Assembly (NCBI GenBank): GCA_041492755.1
Contig: JBGPXN010000124.1
Coordinates: forward strand, 1 to 13,204
Source of the DNA: Candidatus Methylomirabilia bacterium
GTDB taxonomy: Bacteria; Methylomirabilota; Methylomirabilia; Rokubacteriales; CSP1-6
Length of the DNA: 13,204 nt
Reading direction: 5' to 3'
The notes under the pieces: generated by a model
The model's input: only the letters and a program-made list of their open reading frames with translations
The model's database searches: none
Told to the model about the DNA's origin: nothing
Position numbers and translations under genes: made by a program
Shown here: in pieces, positions 6,641-13,204 of the stretch
Position numbering within the stretch: position 1 is the first letter of the stretch
Layout: every line of letters starts with the position of its first letter

Positions 6641-6661
6641 AGCAAACAAACGCGGTGCCAA
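6641..6661 (-). promoter_or_regulatory. Sigma54-type (-24/-12) promoter interrupted by a 4-nt tandem duplication
   Basis: The minus strand reads TTGGCAC-CGCGT-TTGT-TTGCT. Removing one AAAC unit (plus strand 6644-6651 is AAACAAAC) gives the consensus TGGCAC-N5-TTGCT, pointing at the 6599 start. Confidence 0.45.
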
Positions 6662-6808
6662 GCGGAGAGTACGGAGAACCGGGTGATTGCCATTCGTCGA
6701 GGGCGCCGGGCTGTCACCAGGGCGTCACGCTGTCACCCTCGTTTCCGTGTGGGTGACAGTGATCGACACTCGACCACGCCGCCGCTGTCAGGTTTAACGG
6801 AGGCCGTC

Positions 6809-7095
6809 ATGAGCAAGCTCACCGGCGCGCGTCTCATCGTCGACGCGCTCGTCAACGCCGGCGTCCGCCATCTCTTCACGGTGTCGGGCAACCGGATCCT
6901 CGGCATCTTCGACGCAACGGTGGGGCGCGGCATCGAGCTGATCCACACGCGTCACGAGGCCGCCGCCGGGCACATGGCCGACGCCTGGGGTCGCCTCACC
7001 GACACGCCGGGGGTGGCGCTCGTCACTGCGGGGCCTGGTCATGCCAATGGCTGTCGGCGCTCGACGGCGCGATGCTCGCCGAATCGCCCGTCGTG
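6809..7095 (+). pseudogene. Thiamine-diphosphate-dependent enzyme (acetolactate synthase-like), N-terminal fragment, frameshifted and truncated
   Basis: GGAGG SD at 6799-6803. The ORF reads MSKLTGARLIVDAL...TRHEAAAGHMADAWGRLT..PGVALVTAGPGHAN, shifts frame near 7049 to LSALDGAMLAESPVV, and then homology stops. Confidence 0.88.
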
Positions 7096-7104
7096 CAGCC
7101 GGAA

Positions 7105-7220
7105 GGCGGCCGCCACGCACTCACTGCGGCCCATTCGTCGGGACCGATGGGCAAGGGGGGTACACGGACAGGGAAAGACTTTTCTCGACCGAGGGCCAGC
7201 CCCCCCGGCGGTGCGGCGCG
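7105..7220 (+). pseudogene. Possible degenerate fragment of the MutM/Fpg C-terminal region
   Basis: SLR (7121-7129), then after a frameshift FVGTDGQGGYTDRERLFSTEGQPPRRCGA. This resembles the Fpg pattern GGT.LRDFV..DG..GYFQ..L.VYGREGEPC.RCG; the first zinc-finger Cys is lost. Confidence 0.4.
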
Positions 7221-7235
7221 CATACCGGCACGGGA

Positions 7236-7444
7236 CGACACGCAGGCCGTCACTTCTTCGGCGAAGAGACGGAACATGTCTTCGAGCGCGTCGAAGTCTC
7301 GGCCGGGGACCTGGGGCAGGATGATGATGCGATTGACGCCCGGGACCTGACGGACGCGGCGGACCGGCTCGACGACTTCGTCGGGGGTGCCGGCGAGGGC
7401 CATGAGATCGACGAAGCGGTGAGGATACCGACGTCGAACTTCAC
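7236..7444 (-). pseudogene. Luciferase-like (LLM-class) flavin-dependent oxidoreductase with most of its interior deleted
   Basis: GTG 7444 reads VKFDVGILT, a plausible LLM first strand. It joins out of frame to RFVDLMALAGTPDEVVEPV...GVNRIII...FRLFAEEV, a typical LLM C-terminus. Confidence 0.72.
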
Positions 7445-7495
7445 GGGCGGCCGGGAGGGGGCGAGATCACCCGGGTCACCGGAGTCACGGACGGA

Positions 7496-7505
7496 ATGGT
7501 AGCAT
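7496..7505. promoter_or_regulatory. Symmetric overlapping extended -10 elements; candidate bidirectional promoter
   Basis: ATGGTAGCAT reads TGgTAGCAT on the plus strand and TGcTACCAT on the minus strand, between divergent starts at 7444 (-) and 7523 (+). Confidence 0.5.
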
Positions 7506-7522
7506 CGGGCCGGGAGAGCGAG

Positions 7523-9550
7523 ATGAGAGCCGAACGCGCGAGCGTCTGTCCCCTCGATTGCCCCGACACGTGCAGCCTGACCGTGACCGTGGAGGACGAC
7601 CGCATCGTCTCCATCCGCGGCTCGCGCGCCAACCCGTACACCGCCGGCGTGCTGTGCGCGAAGGTCCCGGAGTCGTATCCGGGCTTCGTCCACGGTCCGG
7701 GGCGGCTGCGGACGCCGCTGCGGCGGACCGGGGCGAAGGGCGAAGGGCTCTTCGAGCCGATCTCGTGGGACGCCGCGCTCGACGTCGTCCACGAGCACGT
7801 CACCAACGTGATCGCGGCCCACGGACCGCAGGCGATCCTGCCGCTGAACTACGCCGGCCCGCACGGGTTTCTGGCCGGCGGGTCCATGGATCTTCGGTTC
7901 TTCCATCGGCTCGGCGCGAGCCTGCTCGATCGCAAGCCGCTCTGCGGGGGCGTCCGCACCGAGGCCTGGGTGGGGACGTTCGGACCCGTGCCCGGGATGC
8001 GGCCCGAGCAAGTCCAGCACGCGAAGCTCATCGTCGCCTGGGGCAACAACCTCACGTGGTCGAACCTGCACCTCGTGCCGCTCATCAACCGCGCCCGCAA
8101 GGCCGGGGCGCGGCTCGTCGTGGTCGATCCGCGCCGCACGAAGATCGCCGAACAGGCGGATCTGCACCTGACCGTGCGCCCCGGGACCGACGTGGTGCTG
8201 GCGTGGGCCATCGCCGTCGAGCTCGAGCGGCAGGGCGGACTGGATCGCGCGTTCATCGAGCAGCACGTGGAGGGCTTCGAGGAGTTCATGGCGCTCGCGC
8301 GGCGATATCCCCCCGCGGAGGCCGCCCGCGTGTGCGGTGTCCCGGAACCGGCGATCGTTCAGCTCGCCGAGTGGTACCGCACGTCGACCCCCGCCGCCAT
8401 CGCCGTCGGCAACGGGCTCGAGCGCAACCGGAACGGTGGCGCCAACATCCGTGCGGTGTTCGCGCTGCCCGCGCTCGCCGGCAAGTTCGGGGTCGTGGGC
8501 GGCGGACTGGTCAACGGCGCGGGGTTCGCGTTTCCCAAGACACCGGCGCGCCTGCAGCGGCCCGATCTCGTCCCCGCCGGCACCCGGACCCTCAACATCG
8601 TCGACGTCGGCGCGCACCTGCTCGATCCACACCTGTCCCCGCCGATCAAGGCCGTCTTCATCTACAACCACAATCCCGTCATCGTGCATCCTGAGCAGAA
8701 TCGGATGCGGCGCGGTCTCGCGCGCGAGGACCTCTTCGTGGTCGGCTCCGACGTGGTGATGACCGACAGCCTCGCCTACGCCGACATCGTGCTGCCGGCG
8801 TGCAGCCACTTCGAGCACGACGATCTCTTCCCCGCCTACGGCCAGCACTGGCTGCAGCGGGCGGAGCCGGTCATCCGGCCCCAGGGTCAGGCGCTGCCCA
8901 ACACCGAAATCTTCCGCCGCCTGGCCGCGCGCTTCGGCTTCACCGATGCGGCGTTCACCGCCAGCGACACCGAGCTGATGGACGACGCCCTCGATCCAGC
9001 CGATCCGCGGCTGCGCCGCCTCGCGCCGAGCCGGCTGCCCACCGACGCGCCGCTGCCGATGCAGGTGAACGGCGCCGACGCCGTGCTGTTCACGAACGTT
9101 TTCCCGAAGACGGCGTCCGGGAAAGTGGAGCTGGCGTCGAGCTACCTGGCCTCACGCTACGGCGCGCGGTTGCCGGGGTACCGGCCGATCGAGTCCTCGT
9201 ATCCGCTGATCCTGATCTCGCCCGCGTCCGATCAGCGCGTGACGTCCACGTTCGGAGGTCTGCCCGCCAACGACGCGACGCCGACGCTCGACATGCACCC
9301 CGACGACGCGCGCGCCCGCGGTCTCGCCGACGGCGCCCGCGTTCGCGTCTGGAACGACTTCGGCGAGGTCCATCTGCCGCTCAAGATCACGCCGGCGGTG
9401 GTTTCGGGCGTGGTGAGCAGTCTCAAGGGCGCCTGGTTCCGGACCAGTGACAACGGCCAGACCGTGTCGGCGCTCTGCCCGGCGGACCATGCTGACATCG
9501 CCGGTGGCGCGTGCTACAACGACGCGCGCGTCGAGGTCGCGTCGGCCTGA
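7523..9550 (+). CDS. Molybdopterin (bis-MGD) oxidoreductase of the DMSO reductase family, cytoplasmic, 675 aa
   Basis: GGGAGAG RBS before ATG 7523. N-terminal 4Fe-4S motif CPLDCPDTC...LCAK; also RLRTPLRR, VVVDPRRT, YADIVLPA and C-terminal MHPDDARARGL. No twin-arginine leader. Confidence 0.93.
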   Translation: MRAERASVCPLDCPDTCSLTVTVEDDRIVSIRGSRANPYTAGVLCAKVPESYPGFVHGPGRLRTPLRRTGAKGEGLFEPISWDAALDVVHEHVTNVIAAHGPQAILPLNYAGPHGFLAGGSMDLRFFHRLGASLLDRKPLCGGVRTEAWVGTFGPVPGMRPEQVQHAKLIVAWGNNLTWSNLHLVPLINRARKAGARLVVVDPRRTKIAEQADLHLTVRPGTDVVLAWAIAVELERQGGLDRAFIEQHVEGFEEFMALARRYPPAEAARVCGVPEPAIVQLAEWYRTSTPAAIAVGNGLERNRNGGANIRAVFALPALAGKFGVVGGGLVNGAGFAFPKTPARLQRPDLVPAGTRTLNIVDVGAHLLDPHLSPPIKAVFIYNHNPVIVHPEQNRMRRGLAREDLFVVGSDVVMTDSLAYADIVLPACSHFEHDDLFPAYGQHWLQRAEPVIRPQGQALPNTEIFRRLAARFGFTDAAFTASDTELMDDALDPADPRLRRLAPSRLPTDAPLPMQVNGADAVLFTNVFPKTASGKVELASSYLASRYGARLPGYRPIESSYPLILISPASDQRVTSTFGGLPANDATPTLDMHPDDARARGLADGARVRVWNDFGEVHLPLKITPAVVSGVVSSLKGAWFRTSDNGQTVSALCPADHADIAGGACYNDARVEVASA

Positions 9551-9622
9551 CCGGTAGCCGGCGCGCGGCTCGACGAGCGACCTGACCGTGGACGACATAT
9601 CGACCATCGACGAGGAGAGCCG

Positions 9623-10210
9623 ATGACTTCGCCCGTGGACCCCAACGACGTCTTGATGACCGGCGAGAACTCGTTCATCCGGCTGAGTCCGGATGGCGGC
9701 AAGACCATGACCGACCGCTTCAGCCACTGGCGCGTGCTCTGGTGCCCGGCCGGGTCCGGCCACGTGCTGTACGCGCAGAGCACGCTGCTCGACGGCAAGG
9801 TGCGGATCTTCAGCGACAACCTTGCCGTCGCGCGCTGGATGCAGCGCACGATCGAGACGTACCTCTACCCGGCGTTCGCCGACACCGCGCTGCCGGTGAC
9901 GAGCGCCGAGTTCGCCCGCGGCGGCGACCCGCGCTCCACCGCGTTCGAGGACGTCATCGCCGCGACCGACCGCATCCGCCTCACCTGGTACGACTGCATG
10001 GCGCCGTTCGTTTTAACCATGGCGCCGGGCGCCGGCAATCGCCCCATCGGCGTCTTCAGCACCTTCTTCCCCGCGCGCTCGGCGCAGGTAGAGATGAACG
10101 GCCGCATCGCCACCGGCCTGCCGTGGGCGGAGAAGCGCGGCGACCGCGACTCGTCGAGCGCGTGCCTGGCGTGGTCGGAGACCTGGGTGAAGCCGCGGGG
10201 CCAGGACTGA
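9623..10210 (+). CDS. Hypothetical protein, 195 aa
   Basis: GAGGAG RBS, GC-rich third-position codon usage, co-oriented with the oxidoreductase. No recognisable catalytic motif. Confidence 0.82.
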   Translation: MTSPVDPNDVLMTGENSFIRLSPDGGKTMTDRFSHWRVLWCPAGSGHVLYAQSTLLDGKVRIFSDNLAVARWMQRTIETYLYPAFADTALPVTSAEFARGGDPRSTAFEDVIAATDRIRLTWYDCMAPFVLTMAPGAGNRPIGVFSTFFPARSAQVEMNGRIATGLPWAEKRGDRDSSSACLAWSETWVKPRGQD

Positions 10211-10214
10211 GTAC

Positions 10215-10380
10215 ATGGGGGGCCCCGATATGGCCCCCCATACCCCCCCGCTCGGGGCACCCCGGCCAAGCCGGGCCGCCCCTCGATCCCCCCTCAACGT
10301 TCCGGGCCCCGAAATGGCCCCCCTTCCCCCCCTCGCTCGGCGCACCTCGGCCAAGCTGGGGCGCTCCTCGAATTCCCTCA
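10215..10380. repeat. Two tandem copies of a ~77-bp double-hairpin REP-like repeat
   Basis: Copy 1 (~10220-10296) and copy 2 (10304-10380) share GGGCCCCGA(T/A)ATGGCCCCC...GCTCGG.GCACC.CGGCCAAGC.GGG.CGC.CCTCGA...CCCTCA. Copy 1 has a perfect 10-bp stem (10215-10224 with 10232-10241). Confidence 0.85.
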
Positions 10381-10485
10381 CAGCCTCTGAAATCCCACCC
10401 GCGACTCGAGGACGGCCGGTACGCCGGGTCGCGCGGTGACGAGCTGAGCATCGTCGTGCCCGCCCGATAGGACGGCACTCGGACC

Positions 10486-10819
10486 ATGGCGATCTACACC
10501 CCCCGCGGGCTGCAGATCCGCTTGCCCCCCCGCGTACGCCTTCGCGCTGATGGCGCGGCTGTATCCGAGAGTCGATGCGCTCCGCGTCCTGACGACGGCG
10601 GACGCGCTCGACCTCGTACCCAACGCCCTCGTCGTCGTGTTCGGTCTGGTGGCGTTTCTGGCCCGGCTGTCTCCGTTGCAGATGTACCGCCGAGTGACGC
10701 GAAAGGCGCTGCATGGTGGCGCTCGTCGCAGAGGTCGCGGTCGGAGGTCCGCCGCGCCGTATGTGGAGGGCATCGGACGGGGCGTTTGCCCCGTCCGATG
10801 CCCCGCGGTCACACCGTGA
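10486..10819 (+). pseudogene. Frameshifted hypothetical membrane-associated protein, probably truncated
   Basis: MAIYTPRGLQIRLPP runs into a C7 tract (10525-10531). With C6 it continues AYAFALMARLYPRVDALRVL...LVVVFGLVAFLARL. The 3' part looks degenerate and overlaps the ilvE stop. Confidence 0.55.
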
Positions 10820-11732
10820 CGGCTTTGTAGGTCGGCGTCCGCCACTCCGGGTGGCGCGTGTCGGCGCCGTGGACGAGGTTCATGTAGGCGGTGGAGATGC
10901 CGCGCGTGATCGGGCCGACGTCGCCGGTGCCGAGCTTGAAGCGGTCGATCGACGTCACGGGCGTGATCTCGTAGCCGCTGCCGCAGAGGAACGCTTCTTC
11001 CGCGGTGTAGAGCTCGGTGCGGTCGACGTCACGCTCGACGACCGGGAACCCGAGCACGGACGGGCACAGGTCTTCCATGATCGTGCTGCGCGTGATCGAT
11101 TCCAGGATGTCGTTGCTCGTCCCGGGCGTCACCAGCCGGCCCTTGCGGACCATGAAGAACGTCGCGCCGCTGCCCTCGGCGACTTTCCCGCGCTGGTTGA
11201 GGAAGATCGGCTCCTCGTAGCCATCGGCCTTGGCCTGCAGGCGGGCGAGCCGGCCGTTCTGGTAGTTGGAGCCGGACTTGAGCCGGATCGGAATCGCGTT
11301 GTCGTTCGTCCGGACCCAGTTCGACACGCACGCGGACACGCCCTTGCCCTCGGGCGTGCGCGGCCGGCGGCGCGGATTGATGTAGAGTCCGGTCGGCGAC
11401 GTCGCTTCCAGCCCCGGCGCCAGCACGTAGGCGACCATGTGCATGTGGACGTCTTCGCGCGTCTCGTTGCCCTTCAGCACCGTCCGCACGGCCTCGAAGA
11501 GGTCGTCGTCGCTGTAGGGCACGGTGAAGCGCATCATCTTCATCGACTCGCGGATGCGCGCGAAGTGGTCGGCAAGCCGGAAGGCGTAGAGCTCGCCGTC
11601 CCGCTCGTTCCAGTAGGCGCGGAGCCCTTCGAAGACGTTGGTGGCGTAGAAGACCGCGGCGCTGTTCACCGGCAGCACCGCCTGCTCCTGGGGGAGCAGC
11701 TTGCCGTTCATCCAGATCTTGAAGTCGGCCAT
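10809..11732 (-). CDS. ilvE: Branched-chain amino acid aminotransferase (PLP fold-type IV), 307 aa
   Basis: AAGGAG RBS. Motifs YATNVFEGLRAY, FRLADHFAR, the PLP lysine in RLKSGSNY, EGSGATFF, ILESITR and AEEAFLCGSGYEITPV. Confidence 0.88.
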   Translation of the reverse strand: MADFKIWMNGKLLPQEQAVLPVNSAAVFYATNVFEGLRAYWNERDGELYAFRLADHFARIRESMKMMRFTVPYSDDDLFEAVRTVLKGNETREDVHMHMVAYVLAPGLEATSPTGLYINPRRRPRTPEGKGVSACVSNWVRTNDNAIPIRLKSGSNYQNGRLARLQAKADGYEEPIFLNQRGKVAEGSGATFFMVRKGRLVTPGTSNDILESITRSTIMEDLCPSVLGFPVVERDVDRTELYTAEEAFLCGSGYEITPVTSIDRFKLGTGDVGPITRGISTAYMNLVHGADTRHPEWRTPTYKAVTV

Positions 11733-11776
11733 CCTGGGGCTCCTTGCTGTCCGTGATGTGGATTTGGGGCTCCAGG

Positions 11777-11806
11777 AGAATGGCGCCCAGGGAGCCGGCC
11801 TGTCAA
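11777..11806 (-). promoter_or_regulatory. Sigma70-type promoter for ilvE
   Basis: Minus strand TTGACA (11806-11801), 18-nt spacer, then CATTCT (11782-11777). Confidence 0.6.
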
Positions 11807-11881
11807 CCCACGCGGCGGCAACACCTACGCGACGGCGGGAACAGTCGCGTTCGAGCGCCGGCTATGCCGGCGCAATCCTGT

Positions 11882-11956
11882 TTTCGGGGGGAGGCAGCGA
11901 AGCGGGCCGAAGGCCCGCGCAGCGTCGGAAGGGGGGCGTCAGCCCCCCTCCGAGAA
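11882..11956. repeat. REP-like double-hairpin element overlapping the msrA 3' end
   Basis: Hairpin GCGGGCC-GAA-GGCCCGC (11902-11918) and hairpin TCGGAAGGGGGGC-GTCA-GCCCCCCTCCGA (11925-11953). Confidence 0.7.
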
Positions 11957-12598
11957 CACCCCGGCCGGGCAGGTCACGCCCGTGCCCCCGATGCCGCAGT
12001 ACCCCCACGGGTTCTTGGCCAGGTACTGCTGGTGCTCGCGCTCGGCGTAGAAGAACTCCGGCGCCTCGCGGATCTCCGTGGTGATCTGGCCGTAGTCGGC
12101 GTTGGTCAACGCGGCCTGGTAGCTCTTCTCCGAGGCCTCGGCGGCGCGTCGCTGCGCGTCGCCGTACCAGTAAATGGTCGAGCGGTATTGCGTGCCGACG
12201 TCGTTGCCCTGGCGCATACCCTGGGTGGGATCGTGGTTCTCCCAGAACACGCGGAGCAAGTCCTCGTACGTCATCTTCCCGGGGTCGAAGACGACGAGCA
12301 CGACTTCGGCGTGACCGGTGCGGCCCGTGCACACTTCCTCGTACGTCGGGTTCGGAGTGCCCCCGCCCGCGTAGCCGACCGCCGTGGAGTGCACGCCGGG
12401 GAGCTCCCAGTACTTCCTCTCGGCGCCCCAGAAGCAGCCCATCCCGAAGACGGCCATCTCCATGCCGTCCGGGAACGGCGGCGCCAGCGACGTGCGGTTC
12501 ACCGCGTGGCGCGCGGGGACGGCCATCGCCTCGGACCGCCCCGGGAGGACTTCCTCCTCGGACGGCAGACGGAACTTGCTCGATCTCAGGAACCACAT
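11939..12598 (-). CDS. msrA: Peptide-methionine (S)-S-oxide reductase MsrA, 219 aa
   Basis: GAGGAGG RBS. Motifs [46 protein letters not shown] and two C-terminal resolving Cys (GYCG, TCP). Confidence 0.97.
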   Translation of the reverse strand: MWFLRSSKFRLPSEEEVLPGRSEAMAVPARHAVNRTSLAPPFPDGMEMAVFGMGCFWGAERKYWELPGVHSTAVGYAGGGTPNPTYEEVCTGRTGHAEVVLVVFDPGKMTYEDLLRVFWENHDPTQGMRQGNDVGTQYRSTIYWYGDAQRRAAEASEKSYQAALTNADYGQITTEIREAPEFFYAEREHQQYLAKNPWGYCGIGGTGVTCPAGVFSEGG

Positions 12599-12608
12599 AT
12601 GCGCCTCC

Positions 12609-12692
12609 TCATAGCGGCTTCCGGAGCAGGTGGCCCAGCTCCCCTACGATCCCGCGGCGAAAGGTTAGCACGCAGATCACGAAGATGATGCC
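12609..12692 (-). pseudogene. livM: C-terminal remnant of a branched-chain amino acid ABC permease (LivM-type)
   Basis: [31 protein letters not shown] matches the G.IF...VL.F..GI.G ending of LivM proteins. Confidence 0.72.
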
Positions 12693-12905
12693 CCGTGATG
12701 TCCCGGCCCTTGAAGCTGATGCGTCCCCGCGTCGGGGCCAGGAAGTGCGTGAGCAGGTTGAAGCAGGTCGTCTTGCCGGTGCGGTTGGGGCCGATGAGGG
12801 CGTGGATGGTGGCCGGCGCCCGCGGAGGTTGACGTCCTCGAGGGCGCCGAACCCACGAAATTCCTTCGTGAGATCGCGGGTTTCGAGGATCACGTCACCG
12901 GCCAT
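12693..12905 (-). pseudogene. livG: N-terminal remnant of a branched-chain amino acid ABC ATP-binding protein (LivG-type), frameshifted
   Basis: [27 protein letters not shown], frameshift near 12811, then [40 protein letters not shown]. Walker A has decayed from GPNGAGKT. Confidence 0.85.
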
Positions 12906-13016
12906 TCCGGCCACACCGGCGTCACGCGGCGCGCCGGGGGCGCCGAGGCGAGCCTCGTCGTGCGGGCCACCAGGCCGCTGGTTCAGCAGCGTGCCGGCGG
13001 GTATGCTGGACCGGCC

Positions 13017-13204
13017 ATGAGGACCACGACCGCGTACGCGCTCGCGGGTTCCGTCGCGCTGCTCGCCGCGTTCACGCCGATCGGGGCCGCCGCCGACGTC
13101 GTGGAGCTCACCACGGGCGAGCGCATCGACGGGACGGTGGTGCAAACCACCGCGACGGGTCTGGTGATCGAGCTTTCCGACGGACGTCTGGTTCGCCTCG
13201 AGCA
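13017..13204 (+). CDS. Exported hypothetical protein, 5' part (runs off the window end)
   Basis: Not in the ORF track. Reads MRTTTAYALAGSVALLAAFTPIGAAA-DVVELTTGERIDGTVVQTTATGLVIELSDGRLVRLE, with a signal peptide and AAA cleavage site. A TATGCT -10-like hexamer lies at 13002-13007. Confidence 0.72.
   Translation, partial: MRTTTAYALAGSVALLAAFTPIGAAADVVELTTGERIDGTVVQTTATGLVIELSDGRLVRLE

Noticed and set aside
979..7522. ORF-track starts at 979, 2234, 3389, 4554, 6611 and 7496
   Set aside because: Better starts with an RBS, a signal peptide or translational coupling exist at 1075, 2510, 4091, 4923, 6809 and 7523.
889..8848. Long antisense or alternate-frame ORFs (889-2127, 2733-4031, 4767-6302, 7250-8848, 7558-8694; also 10713-11756 and 11744-12688)
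   Set aside because: They shadow well-supported genes, are rich in Arg/Ala/Gly/Pro and have no motifs. This is expected in high-GC DNA where stop codons are rare.
10215..10380. CRISPR array
   Set aside because: There are only two long, diverged units with no unique spacers of regular length, and no cas genes.
10381..10470. Possible further gene tail (LKSHPRLEDGRYAGSRGDELSIVVPAR-stop)
   Set aside because: It is too short and I recognise no family, so it cannot be supported without a search.
11855..11884. Intrinsic terminator for msrA
   Set aside because: The GC hairpin has no U-tract on the msrA (minus) strand. The short T-run at 11881-11884 is on the plus strand and is separated from the stem.
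1..13204. tRNA, rRNA, integrase, phage or known defence genes
   Set aside because: I found no recognisable signatures on either strand by eye.

Overview
A very GC-rich bacterial window. The small-protein families and the style of the extragenic repeats resemble Candidatus Rokubacteria (Methylomirabilota); this is my impression and was not verified. Intact genes, in order: 3' end of a xanthine-dehydrogenase/CoxL-family Mo-hydroxylase large subunit; a cyanuric acid hydrolase/barbiturase-family ring-opening amidohydrolase; an exported FxLYD-like protein; a RibB fused to a degenerate GTP cyclohydrolase II domain (RibBX-type); a lipoprotein; a translationally coupled pair of small proteins (YegP-like and winged-helix-like); a secreted NHL/beta-propeller protein; a small CxxC...HxxC protein; a DMSO-reductase-family molybdopterin oxidoreductase with a hypothetical partner; ilvE; msrA; and the 5' end of an exported protein. 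Between these lie many gene scars: a MaoC tail, a frameshifted ThDP-enzyme head, a probable mutM tail, an internally deleted luciferase-like monooxygenase, a frameshifted membrane protein and a collapsed livG-livM operon. There are also three kinds of palindromic repeat element. The best leads are (1) the Mo-hydroxylase plus an amidohydrolase that mixes barbiturase-like and cyanuric-hydrolase-like signatures, a candidate oxidative N-heterocycle catabolic route, (2) a 236-bp element with ~70-bp terminal inverted arms, and (3) a structured 5' UTR that hides the Shine-Dalgarno of the two-small-gene module. Family assignments come from recalled motifs; no database search was run.
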